A stretch of DNA of 64,000 nucleotides from Alphaproteobacteria bacterium (GTDB taxonomy: Bacteria; Pseudomonadota; Alphaproteobacteria; GCA-2731375). Below the pieces are notes generated by a model. It did not search any database and was not told where the DNA came from. It worked only from the letters and a program-made list of their open reading frames with translations. Positions 29,217 through 38,911 of this stretch are shown piece after piece. A program made the position numbers and the translations under genes. The DNA lies in the NCBI GenBank assembly GCA_965225945.1, contig CBDDBZ010000037.1, forward strand, positions 96,001 through 160,000. The letters are read 5' to 3'. Each line of letters opens with the position of its first letter. Within the stretch, counting starts at the first letter, position 1.

Positions 29217-30512
29217 TCAGCCCTCGGCCTTCAGGATATCGGCGGATTCGGCGATCGCCTCGACCGTCTGGGCGATATCGTCCGCGTCGTGGGCGGTGGA
29301 GACGTAGAACTTGCTCTGGATCTTCAAGATCCCGCGCGCGCGCAGCAGTTGGTTGAAGCGCTTCGCGCGCGCGCCGTCGCCCCGGGCCACGCCGCGGTAG
29401 TCTTTGATCTCCCTCTCCTCGGTGAAGACCACGTCGAACAGGGTCGGATGCCCGACCACCACGGCCGGGATGCCGACCCGGGCCAGGTTTTCCTCCAGCG
29501 CCACCATGAGGGTCCGGCCGGTCTCCTGGACCTTCTGGTAGACCCCCGGTTCGCTGAGGACCTCGAGCGTGGCGAGCCCCGCGACCGAGGCCACCGGATT
29601 GCCGCTGAGCGTTCCCATCTGAAAGGTGAAGCCTTCCTCGCCCACCGCCTCGCGGTCGAAATGGGCCATGATCTCGGCCGTGCCGGCGATCGCCGCCAGG
29701 GGAATGCCGCCGCCGATGATCTTGCCGAGGCTGCAGATGTCCGGCGTCACGCCATAGAGCTCTTGCGCCCCGCCATAGGCGAAGCGGAAACCGGTCACCA
29801 CCTCGTCGAAGATCAGCGGAATGCCGTGGCGCAGCGTTTCCTCGCGCAGCGTCTCCAGGAACCCCGGCACCGGCGGCAGCAGGCGTTGGAACGGCTCGGC
29901 GATGACGCCCGCCAACTCGTCGGCATTTTCGGCGATCATCCGCTTGGCCGCCTCGGTGTCGTTGAAGGGGGCGACCAAGACCTCGTCGCGGACGCGCTGG
30001 GGCAGGCCGGCCGAATCCGGTGCCGCCTGGGGGAAGTTGGTGAGCTGCTTGGGAAAGGTGCTCATCAGCGCTTGGTCGCTCATGCCGTGGAAGCCGCCCT
30101 CGAACTTCAGGATCTTCTCGCGTCCCCGATGCGCGCGAGCGAGGCGCATGGCGTACATGTCGGCTTCCGAGCCGGTGGAGACGAAACGCACCTGTTTGGC
30201 ACAGGGCACGGCCTCGCAAATCGCCTCCGCCAGCTCGATGCCCGCGGCGTTGTTGGCGAAGAAGGTGGTGCCGCGCGGCACCTGCGCCTGAATCGCTGCC
30301 AGGACCCTGGGGTGAGCGTGGCCGACGAACATGGGGCCGGAGCCGAGCAGGAAATCGACGTATTCGTTGCCGCTGACGTCCCAGACCCGGCCGCCCTTGC
30401 CTTCGGCGATGACGACGTCGTTGGAGAAGTTGCCGAAACCGCCCGCCGGCAGCACCTTCCGGGCCCGCTCCATCAGCTCCGTTTCCACAGCACCTCGGGT
30501 GATGTCCGCCAT
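29217..30512 (-). CDS. class III aminotransferase (GSA aminomutase-like)
   Basis: DVSGNEYVD, TGSEA, GGFHG, FDEVVTGFR, GKIIGGG, GTLSGNP. Confidence 0.88.
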   Translation of the reverse strand: MADITRGAVETELMERARKVLPAGGFGNFSNDVVIAEGKGGRVWDVSGNEYVDFLLGSGPMFVGHAHPRVLAAIQAQVPRGTTFFANNAAGIELAEAICEAVPCAKQVRFVSTGSEADMYAMRLARAHRGREKILKFEGGFHGMSDQALMSTFPKQLTNFPQAAPDSAGLPQRVRDEVLVAPFNDTEAAKRMIAENADELAGVIAEPFQRLLPPVPGFLETLREETLRHGIPLIFDEVVTGFRFAYGGAQELYGVTPDICSLGKIIGGGIPLAAIAGTAEIMAHFDREAVGEEGFTFQMGTLSGNPVASVAGLATLEVLSEPGVYQKVQETGRTLMVALEENLARVGIPAVVVGHPTLFDVVFTEEREIKDYRGVARGDGARAKRFNQLLRARGILKIQSKFYVSTAHDADDIAQTVEAIAESADILKAEG

Positions 30513-30536
30513 TGATCCCTCCCTCGCGTGATCGCG

Positions 30537-32507
30537 CTAAATCTCCCGCGCCACCCGGTGTCCGTCGATCACGGCCATCTCGATGTCGCGGGGTTGGAAA
30601 CAATCCCCGATCGCGTGCAGTTCCGCCACCTGGCCCTGGAGCGCCCGGTGAAGCCCGTCCTCGGCTTGGCCGCCGGCGGCGAGCACCACGGTGTCGACGT
30701 CCTCGATGCTGCCGGGCTCCCAACTGACCACGTTATAGACGTCGAGCGAGGTTTCGTTCACCTCCCAGACGCCGGTGAAGGGGGTCATCCGCACGCCCTT
30801 CTTCAAAAGCCGTTCGAATTGGTAATGCCAGGCGGGCGCCGGCATGTCGCGGCCGACGAATTCGAGGCCGGTGACGATCTCCACCGCCTTGCCCTCGTCG
30901 GCGAGAAATTCGGCGACGCTCGGCGCCTCCGCCCGCCCGAGGGTGTCGATCACGACGACGCGGGCGCCGATCTCGGCGTTGCCTTGCAGGACCTCGCGCG
31001 CGCTCAGCACGTGGCGTTGCTCGACGCCCAGGATCTCCGGCCGGAAAGGGGTGGAGCCGGTGGCGACGACGACGGCGTCGGGCGCCTCGCCCAGCACCTC
31101 GTCCACCCCGACCTCGGCGCCGAGCTTGAGCTCGACCCCGAGCTTGGCCAACTGGCGCTCGAAATAGAGGATGATCTCCTCGAAATTCTCCCGCCCCGGC
31201 GTCCGCGTGATCAGCCCGATCTGACCGCCGAGGCGCCGCGCCGCCTCGAACAGCACGACGTCGTGACCGCGTGTCGCGGCGATTCGGCCCGCCTCCATCC
31301 CCGCCGGGCCGCCGCCGACCACGACGACGCGTCGGCGCGTCGGCGCCGCCGGCAGCTCCGCCCACTCGCCTTCCCGCCCGGTGACGGGGTTATAGATGCA
31401 GCCGACGCCCATGCCGACGTAGATATGGCCGACGCAGCTCTGGGTGCAGGCGATGCAGGTGCGGATATCCTCGCTCCGCCCCTCCCGCGCCTTGTTGGGC
31501 CAGTGCGGATCGGCGATCAGGGCACGGGCGAGGCCGATGATGTCCGCCTTGCCCGAGGCCACGAAGTCTTCGGCGAGGCCTGGTGAATCGATCCGACCGG
31601 TGCCGACGACCGGCAGCGAGACCACCTCCTTCAGACCCGCCGGCAGATGGGCGAAGGCGCCGGGCTCGCGGTAGTGGGCCGGCCAATGGTCGCGCCCGCT
31701 CCTCGGGCTCGGCACCAGGCCCTGCCACATGTTGAAATAGTCGACCTTGCCGCCCGCCTCCACCAGCTTCGCCACCTGCTTGTAATCTTCCAGCCCCAGG
31801 CTGAAATCCACCAAATCGTCATAGAAGCGGATGCCGAGCAGGCGCTCCGGCCCGAGCGCCGCGTGCGCGACGTCGATGACCTCGTTCAGGAAGGTCATCC
31901 GTTCTTCCAGCCTGGCCCCGCCGTATTTGTCGTCGCGCAGGTTCGACTGGGGGTTCAAAAAGTTGGTGAAGAGGTAATCCATGCCGACCGAGAGTTCGAT
32001 CCCGTCCATCTCGCCGCGAAAGGCGCGTTCCGCCGCAGCCGCGAAGGCGGCGACGATCTCCTCGACCTCGCCCGTGCTCATGGCGTGCGGCATCACCATC
32101 GCCACGGATGGGTCCGGCGAGGGGACGGCGGAGGGCGCGAGGCTCGGCCGTTGCAGCCAGGCGGTGGCGTCCGAGACGCGGCGCCCCCGGTGGCCCATCT
32201 GCGCCAGGATCGGCACGTCGTAAGCGTGCGTCGCCTCGGCGAAGCGGTGATAGACCTCGGTGATCCGCTCGTCGAAGTTGGCCAGCGAGAGCGAGGCGTC
32301 GCCGTCGTAGTGCGGCACGGTGTGGCCGGTGACGATGATGGCGGCGCCGCCCTTGGCCCTCTCACGCACATAGTCGACGTAGCGTTCCGTCGGCAGGCCG
32401 TCGCCAGATTGGAAATGCGCCGCGTGGCCGGTGTTCATCACCCGGTTCTTGAGGGTGTACCGCCCGACCTTGAGCGGGCTGAAGAGATGGGGAAAGGCCT
32501 CGGACAT
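30537..32507 (-). CDS. NADH:flavin oxidoreductase (OYE barrel + FAD domain, 2,4-dienoyl-CoA reductase/TMADH-like)
   Basis: LKNR, RDDKYGG, ARALIADP, CIACTQSC...C FeS motif, GGGPAG. Confidence 0.88.
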   Translation of the reverse strand: MSEAFPHLFSPLKVGRYTLKNRVMNTGHAAHFQSGDGLPTERYVDYVRERAKGGAAIIVTGHTVPHYDGDASLSLANFDERITEVYHRFAEATHAYDVPILAQMGHRGRRVSDATAWLQRPSLAPSAVPSPDPSVAMVMPHAMSTGEVEEIVAAFAAAAERAFRGEMDGIELSVGMDYLFTNFLNPQSNLRDDKYGGARLEERMTFLNEVIDVAHAALGPERLLGIRFYDDLVDFSLGLEDYKQVAKLVEAGGKVDYFNMWQGLVPSPRSGRDHWPAHYREPGAFAHLPAGLKEVVSLPVVGTGRIDSPGLAEDFVASGKADIIGLARALIADPHWPNKAREGRSEDIRTCIACTQSCVGHIYVGMGVGCIYNPVTGREGEWAELPAAPTRRRVVVVGGGPAGMEAGRIAATRGHDVVLFEAARRLGGQIGLITRTPGRENFEEIILYFERQLAKLGVELKLGAEVGVDEVLGEAPDAVVVATGSTPFRPEILGVEQRHVLSAREVLQGNAEIGARVVVIDTLGRAEAPSVAEFLADEGKAVEIVTGLEFVGRDMPAPAWHYQFERLLKKGVRMTPFTGVWEVNETSLDVYNVVSWEPGSIEDVDTVVLAAGGQAEDGLHRALQGQVAELHAIGDCFQPRDIEMAVIDGHRVAREI

Positions 32508-32600
32508 GCCTGTCTCCTCGAATAGACTCGGCGCGGGACGCGCCTGGGCCGATGATCCCATACCGAGAGGCATGAGTCCCGGTCGCCAGGGGAGGCGAGA

Positions 32601-33956
32601 TTGAGCATTCTGATCCGAGACGCGACGGTGCTGACCGTCGATGGCGACTTTCGAATCCTCGACGGCGGCGCGGTCTACGTCGAGGACGGGCGGATCGCCG
32701 ATGTCGGGAGCAGCGACGAGGTGGCGGCGCGCCGGCCGAGCCCGGATCGCGTGGTCGAGGGGCGCGGCAAGGTGGTCGCCCCCGGCTTCGTCAGTACCCA
32801 CAACCATGTCGGCTACACCATGTTCCGGGGCCGGGCGGAGGACGCGAGCCTCGACTGCGTGCTCGGCATGTATCTGCCGATGGGCTCCATCGCCACGCGG
32901 GCGGAGCGGCTGGCGATCGGCGCCTTGAGCTATGGCGAGATGCTGCGCGGCGGCGTCACCACCGTCGTCGAGATGGAGGAGGACGCCGACGTCTTCGCCG
33001 ATCTCGTCGAACGCCTCGGCTGCCGGAGCGCCATCGGCGTGATGATCCAGGACGTCGAGGCCGACGCGGCGCGGGCCGGCGACTTTCGCTACGACCCCGC
33101 GCTCCGCGAGGCGCAGCTCGCCCAGGCGGTCGAGTTCGCCGAGACCTGGCACGGTCGCGCGGACGGGCGGATCAGCGTGATGATGACGCCCTCCATGACC
33201 ATCTTCGCCTCGCCCGAACTGCTGAGGGCATGCCGGCGGGAGGCGGATCGCCTGGGGCTCGGGCTCTCGATCCACCTCGGCTGGGGCGCGGCGGAGGTGG
33301 AGATCATCCGCCGGCTGCATGGCGTCGGCCCCGCCGAATATCTCCGTAATAACGGCCTCATGGCGGCGGACACCCTTCTCGCCCATTGCTATGTGATGGA
33401 CCAGGCCGCGACCGACCTGTTGGCGCACTCCGGGGCCTGCGTCGCCCATTGCCCGATGATCAACGCGGCCCGGGGGCAGATCGCGCCCATTCAAGAGTTT
33501 CGCCGGCGCGGTATCACCGTCGGCCTCGCCATCGACTGCCTGTTCGCCGATTATTTCGAGGTGCTGCGCACGGCGGTGCTGATGGCGCGGGTGAAGACCG
33601 GCGATCCGCTCTGCCTGCCGGCGCCGGACGCATTGCGCCTCGCCACCATCGAGGGCGCGCGTTGCCTCGGCCTGGAGGACGAGATCGGCTCCCTCGAGAT
33701 CGGCAAGCGGGCCGATCTGATGGTGATCGACTTTCGCCGGTTTGGTTTGAGGCCGATGCTCGATCCGGTGGCGAACCTCGTCTACCACGGCCATGCGAGC
33801 GATGTGGACACCGTGCTGGTCGACGGCGAAATCGTGGTCGAGGACGGCCGCCTGGTGAACGCCGACGCGGGCGAATTGCTCGACGGCGCCGAGAGCGCGG
33901 CGCAAGAGGCCTGGGCCCGCTTCCTCGCCCGCCACGGCGACATCATCGCACGCTAG
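32601..33956 (+). CDS. amidohydrolase (MTA/SAH deaminase, AtzA-like)
   Basis: PGFVSTHNH, GGVTT, AHC, GSLEIGKRAD; TTG start after GGAGG. Confidence 0.85.
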   Translation: MSILIRDATVLTVDGDFRILDGGAVYVEDGRIADVGSSDEVAARRPSPDRVVEGRGKVVAPGFVSTHNHVGYTMFRGRAEDASLDCVLGMYLPMGSIATRAERLAIGALSYGEMLRGGVTTVVEMEEDADVFADLVERLGCRSAIGVMIQDVEADAARAGDFRYDPALREAQLAQAVEFAETWHGRADGRISVMMTPSMTIFASPELLRACRREADRLGLGLSIHLGWGAAEVEIIRRLHGVGPAEYLRNNGLMAADTLLAHCYVMDQAATDLLAHSGACVAHCPMINAARGQIAPIQEFRRRGITVGLAIDCLFADYFEVLRTAVLMARVKTGDPLCLPAPDALRLATIEGARCLGLEDEIGSLEIGKRADLMVIDFRRFGLRPMLDPVANLVYHGHASDVDTVLVDGEIVVEDGRLVNADAGELLDGAESAAQEAWARFLARHGDIIAR

Positions 33957-34020
33957 GGGAGCATGCCGGCGAAGCCGTCGCGCTCGTGCGTCGCGCCGTC
34001 GGGGGCCGATTTGGCCCCTC

Positions 34021-34051
34021 AAACGATTCAACCTGATCGGAAAATGCTCTA
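34021..34051. repeat. half copy of the TAGAGCA-ended palindromic element
   Basis: ends GGAAAATGCTCTA, similar to the ends of the 17602-17736 element. Confidence 0.4.
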
Positions 34052-34266
34052 AATGCGCCGAATTGCCGCGCGACATCGCGGATGACGACGTTTTCGAGCG
34101 CGTTTATAATGCGATCCGAATATTCCAAATACCATCAAGATATTGAAATTCAACGCCGTTCCCGCTTCGCCGCGGCCCGGCCGAATGTCGTTCTGCAAAA
34201 AACGCCTCTCGGGCCTGAAAACCCTTAATACCGCATATATAGAAACAATGTTTTCCGCTGCTACGG

Positions 34267-35133
34267 TTGTATTTTGACACTAGATTTCCTACCTGGGGGA
34301 TTATTGCCGCGATCGAAATTTCTTATCGACGAGTCCAGCCCTTGTCCGAGCCATCGCGCTGCGAGCCGAGCCCACCCGTGCCCCGGCGGCTGAACGCGAC
34401 GCGCCACGGTCTCGCCGGCGCCGCGCCGGTGCTGCCCTGGGAGAACGCGGAGCAGAGCGCCCGGCTCCTGGAGCAGCTTCGTGGCGAGCACGCCCCCGCC
34501 GGAGCGACGGAAAGCCATCTGGTCGAGGAGCTGGCGGACATCCTCTGGCGCCGCCGCCGGCTGCGCCGCGCGGAGCACGCGGCGCACCACGACCGCCTGC
34601 GGCGGATGACTTCGGACGGGGCCTCCCACGTCAGCTCCGGCGAGTCGGCCTGGCTGGCGACGCCGCTGCTCCTGGTCTCGGACACCTCCCGCGTCGCGCC
34701 GGGCGCCGTGCGCGACGTCCTGCGCCTGGACCAGGCGGGGCGGCGCGACGCGCTGGGCGCGCTCGACGCCCGGCTCGAGGCGGCGCGCGCGGCCGGGCGC
34801 TACGCCGACGGCGCGCGGGCCACCGACGGCGGCATCGAGCGGCGTCTCGATCGGGCCTCGCGCGAGGCCTGGTATCGGGCGGCGGCGGAGACCCCGCACG
34901 ACGCTGGGGCCGAGCCGTCGCTCTTCGCGTGGCTGAACGAGACGCTCCTGCCGGCGCTCGACGCCCGCCGCGCCGTGCTGGTGTACGCGGATCTGATCCG
35001 CGACCACCTCTTCGCCAGCGCCCTCGACGAGGTGGCGCTGGAACGGCTGCAGCGCCATGACGCCACGCTCGACCGCAGGTTCGAGCGCACGCTCTCCATG
35101 CTGGTCAAGCTGAAGGCGCTGCGCGAGGCGTAG
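34267..35133 (+). CDS. hypothetical protein (NATRHGL...LWRRRRLRRAE type); start uncertain
   Basis: GC-rich coding-like sequence from ~34340; 3' third duplicated at 36345. Confidence 0.6.
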   Translation: MYFDTRFPTWGIIAAIEISYRRVQPLSEPSRCEPSPPVPRRLNATRHGLAGAAPVLPWENAEQSARLLEQLRGEHAPAGATESHLVEELADILWRRRRLRRAEHAAHHDRLRRMTSDGASHVSSGESAWLATPLLLVSDTSRVAPGAVRDVLRLDQAGRRDALGALDARLEAARAAGRYADGARATDGGIERRLDRASREAWYRAAAETPHDAGAEPSLFAWLNETLLPALDARRAVLVYADLIRDHLFASALDEVALERLQRHDATLDRRFERTLSMLVKLKALREA

Positions 35134-35292
35134 CGTGTCGTCCGGGGTCAGGGAATCGGTTCCGAGCGCGCTCGAGCGGGTCGGCGCCTGCGATTCGACG
35201 TTCGAGACCTGGGACCCCAGTCTTGGATGCCCAAGAAAAGGAAGAAAAGGGGTCATTCTGCTTTTTGTTCCGCTCCAGCGAATAAAGTACAA
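34835..35292 (+). repeat. tandem duplication, unit 1
   Basis: 34835-35133 nearly identical to 36345-36643 (offset 1510); downstream hairpin also shared. Confidence 0.9.
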
Positions 35293-36322
35293 CCTGATTA
35301 CGCACTTTACTCAGCCGGGTTGATGTGGTACAAATCATGAACAAATGGCGGTTTTTCTGGAGGTTTACAATGCCACGCAACAAGGTTCAGTTCCAGAAGG
35401 GGCTCAGCGAGCCGCGTTTTCGTGAGTTGTACGGTACCGAGGAGCAGTGTCGCGAGGCCCTGTTCCGCTGGCGCTGGCCGGAGGGGTTCGCCTGCCCCCG
35501 ATGTGGCGCCACGCGCCATTGCGAGATCGCCGGGCGAAAACTCTACCAATGCGCCGCCTGCCGTCATCAAGTTTCGCTGACCGCCGGCACGCTCTTCCAC
35601 GCGACCAAGCTGGCGCTGACCCTGTGGTTCTCGGCGATCTATCACATGACCCAATCGAAGAAAGGGATCTCCTCCCTCGAACTCGGCCGGCGGCTCGGCG
35701 TCACCCAGACCACGGCCTGGAAGATCAAGCAGAAACTGATGCAGTCCATGCTCGAGCGCGATGCCAAATTGCCGCTCACCGGGCGGGTGGAGATGGACGA
35801 TGCCTACCTCGGCGGCCGGCGTTCCGGGGCCAAGCGCGGCCGAGGCGCGCCGGGCAAGACACCGTTCGTCGCCGCCGTCCAGACCACGGCGGAGGGCCAG
35901 CCCGTGCGCATCAAGCTGCGCCGCGTCAAGGGCTTCCGCAAGAGCGAGATCGCCAAGATGGCCAAGCGCGACCTGAGCCCGCTGGCGACGGTTGTCAGCG
36001 ATGGGCTCGGCTGCTTCACCGCGGTCACCGCGTAAGGCTGTGCGCACCATCCGATACCCACCGGCTCCGGACCCGGGGCCGTCGCCGTGCCCGCCTTCAA
36101 ATGGGTCAACACCACCCTCGGCAACCTCAAAAACACCCTGCGCGGTACCTACCATGCGATCCGACCCAAGCATGTGCCGCGCTATCTGGCGGCGTTCCAG
36201 TACCGATACAACCGCCGCTACCGGCTCGCCGACATGATCGAAGCCCTCGGCCGCGATGCCCTGCGCACGCCGCCCATGCCATATCGGCTCCTGAAGTTGG
36301 CTGAGGTTAGTGCGTAATCAGG
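35293..36322 (+). mobile_element. IS1595-family insertion sequence (1030 bp)
   Basis: IRs CCTGATTACGCACT...CTCAGCC / GGCTGAG...AGTGCGTAATCAGG; 8-bp TSD AAGTACAA at 35285-92 and 36323-30. Confidence 0.93.
35370..36317 (+). pseudogene. IS1595 transposase with in-frame TAA at 36033-36035
   Basis: zinc ribbon CPRC/CAAC, VEMDDAYLG, VVSDG; same frame continues to YRYNRR after the stop. Confidence 0.88.
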
Positions 36323-36344
36323 AAGTACAATGACTCCTTTTCCC

Positions 36345-36835
36345 TCGAGCGGCGTCTCGATCGGGCCTCGCGCGGGGCCTGGTATCGGGCGGCGGCGGAG
36401 ACCTCGTGCGGCCCTCGGGCCGAGCCGTCGCTCTTCGCGTGGCTGAACGAGACGCTCCTGCCGGCGCTCGAGGCCCGCCGCGCCGTGCTGGTGCATGGCG
36501 ATCTGATCCGCGACCACCTCTTCGCCAGCGCCCTCGACGAGGTGGCGCTGGAACGGCTGCAGCGCCATGACGCCACGCTCGACCGCAGGTTCGAGCGCAC
36601 GCTCTCCATGCTGGTCAAGCTGAAGGCGCTGCGCGCGGCGTAGACTCCATCCGGGTCATGGGATCGGTTCCGAGCGCGGTCGAGGGGTCTGAAACCGGAG
36701 TACAAGAATTCTGCCTTGCACACATCGCCGGTCCCCGCCGTCGATCTCATGGAGGAGACCCAGTCGGAGCTTGCAAGAAAAGGGGTCATTCTGCTTTTGT
36801 TCCGCTCCGGCGAATAAAGTACAATGACCCCTTTT
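36345..36835 (+). repeat. tandem duplication, unit 2 (3' gene fragment plus intact REP-like hairpin)
   Basis: copy of 34835 onward; AAAAGGGGTCATT (36778-90) / AATGACCCCTTTT (36823-35). Confidence 0.9.
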
Positions 36836-36883
36836 TTCGGCCCCTAACTCAATTACTCCATATCCACGGTTTTCCTATTAGCT

Positions 36884-38058
36884 TATACCAATCGGCATTA
36901 ATCAGAACTTATGCGCCCATTTACGCCGCCCGATGGACGTGATGTTCCATGGTTGATCGATGAGCTTGTTCCAGGCTTCGCAGCAGGAGGTGATGATCTG
37001 CTCGTCGGATTGGAAGACCAAGTTGGACAGCCAGTTGTCGCGCATGAACTGCCAGATGTTTTCGGTCGGATTGAGCTCCGGCGAGCGTGGTGGCAGGGGC
37101 AGGAGGGTAACGTTGGCGGGGATCTTCAGCTTGTCCGTGGTGTGCCAACCCGCCTGATCGAGGAGCAGGAGGGCATGCGCGCGCGCGCCTACCCGGGAGG
37201 AGATCTCCTCCAGATGCAGCTGCATGGCCTGGGTGTCGCAGTGGGGGAGCACGAGGGCGGCGCCGACGCCGCGTTCGGGACAGATGGCGCCGAAGATATA
37301 GGCTGATTTGGTGCGCTGGTCATGCGGTGCGCGGGGCCGGGTTCCGCGCCGCGCCCAGCGCCGAGTGATCTTGTTCTTCTGGCCGACACGGGCTTCGTCC
37401 TGCCACCAGATTTCTATCTCGGTGCCGGCGGGCAGGCGCCGGCGGGCTTGTGCCACCAGCTCGGGGAATTTTTTTTAAAATCCTCGATGACGCCCTCCTC
37501 CTGGGCATGGTGGCGCGGACGCGCCGTCATCTTCGTGAAGCCCATCGCCTTCAATTCCCGGCTCACCGTGGTCTCGTCGAGCGAGATCGCGAACATATCC
37601 CGGATCCAGCCCGCCAGATCCTTCAGCCGCCAGCGCACCACGCCGTCGACCGCCGGGTTCGGCCCCGCATCGACGCGTGCCCCCAGCGCCTGGCGTTGTG
37701 CATCGTCGAGCTTCGCCACCGCACCGGGCGCCTTGCGATCGATCAAGCCGTCCGGGCCCTCGGCGTTGAAATGCAACACCCAATCTCGGATCACCTGAAG
37801 CCCCACGTGGCCGGTCCGTGCCGCATCCGTCCGCCGCCCACCGTCATAGATCACCGCGAGAGCCAAGAGCCGGCGGCTCTGGCCGGCATCCTTGGAAAGC
37901 TTCGCCAAGCGACGCAGCTCCGCCGCATCGAAATCCTCTCGTAACCCGATCGCCGCTCCCATGGTGAACCTCCTCAACTCCGAATCACCGGAATTGAGTC
38001 AGAAATCATCCACCATGGGAATCCTCAAAGTGAGTCTCCCTCAAGGCCAATTGGTATA
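36884..38058 (-). mobile_element. IS630-family insertion sequence, including TA duplications
   Basis: IRs TATACCAATCGGCATTAA vs revcomp TATACCAATTGGCCTTGA. Confidence 0.92.
36902..37962 (-). CDS. IS630 transposase orfA/orfB joined by a -1 frameshift at an A8 run
   Basis: orfA HTHs end DFKK at TTTAAAAAAAATTCCCC (run 37469-37476); orfB has QDEAR, DQAGWH, SPELNPTENIW. Confidence 0.88.
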
Positions 38059-38532
38059 AGGGGTAAATTCAAGAAACCGCCTTGGGCTAGCGATGAGGCC
38101 CATCGTCAAAAGGAATGGGAGCGTAGACAATTCTTCCGGTGCTACTCCAGAAGATTCGGAAAACAACCTTTCAAATTGCTGTCTCGTGAGAAACGCTCCA
38201 TGGTTAATATTTCGAAGCGGTCTCAACCGCTCCAAACGCGCCGGCTCGGCAGAAGCTTCGGGGCGGCTTTCTTGATGTAACTTGCGGTGAAGGCCGACGT
38301 AACAACGACGTATAGCCGGCAAGAAGGCTTCAGAGAGATCTGCAATCTTGCGCAATTCGTGGCGAACTAACCGTCTAATTTCTATCGCCTATTTAATCGA
38401 AGCGAGATTGCTAGATAGCTCGCCTTCATTAGTTGTTACCTCACCTAAATTTTTCTTCAAATTGGACGATTTGTCCAAGTATCCGAAACTGAACGTAATT
38501 CTTGGATACGGTTCTGTCGAAACCGGGGACAT
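38057..38532 (-). pseudogene. AT-rich fragment of an unknown foreign gene
   Basis: one frame open for ~155 codons apart from a single TAG; cut by the IS630; visibly lower GC. Confidence 0.45.
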
Positions 38533-38623
38533 GGCGTAATTGAGTTAGGGTCACCCTCCGACTAACCACGAAGTCCGCCCCGGCCTGAAGTCCGTCGGGT
38601 GGTTTCAAGAAGGAGGATGACCC

Positions 38624-38776
38624 ATGCGCGAAGTCTATGCCGGTTTGGATGTTTCCGACAAGCAGACCCACATTTGTCTGGTGGACGGTGCCGGAGCGGC
38701 GCTCTGGCGCGAAAACGGGGCCAGTATACCATTTCCATCCTCTCCAGTGGTACCGCTCGTGCCGTTCGAACGGTAG
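38624..38776 (+). pseudogene. IS110/IS1111-family transposase 5' remnant
   Basis: AAGGAGG RBS then MREVYAGLDVSDKQTHICLVDGAG (first RuvC-like Asp motif); similarity lost after ~30 codons. Confidence 0.75.
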
Positions 38777-38838
38777 CCCCTCCCGTGCCCCGGTGCGCCT
38801 CGGGGACTTGGGCAATCCGCGGCAAAGCGGCTCCGACA

Positions 38839-38875
38839 CCTCACCACGGTACGGCCTCATGAGGTTCCCTAAATG
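38839..38875 (+). repeat. 37-bp imperfect direct repeat left of the TA pair
   Basis: 29/37 identical to 39704-39740. Confidence 0.7.
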
Positions 38876-38911
38876 CTATCCCCGAATTGCTTGTCCCCGA
38901 ATTTCGTGGGT

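Noticed and set aside
34133-34320. IHF-like (CATCAAGATATTG) and NrdR-like sites in the AT-rich spacer
   Set aside because: Imperfect matches and no cognate target gene
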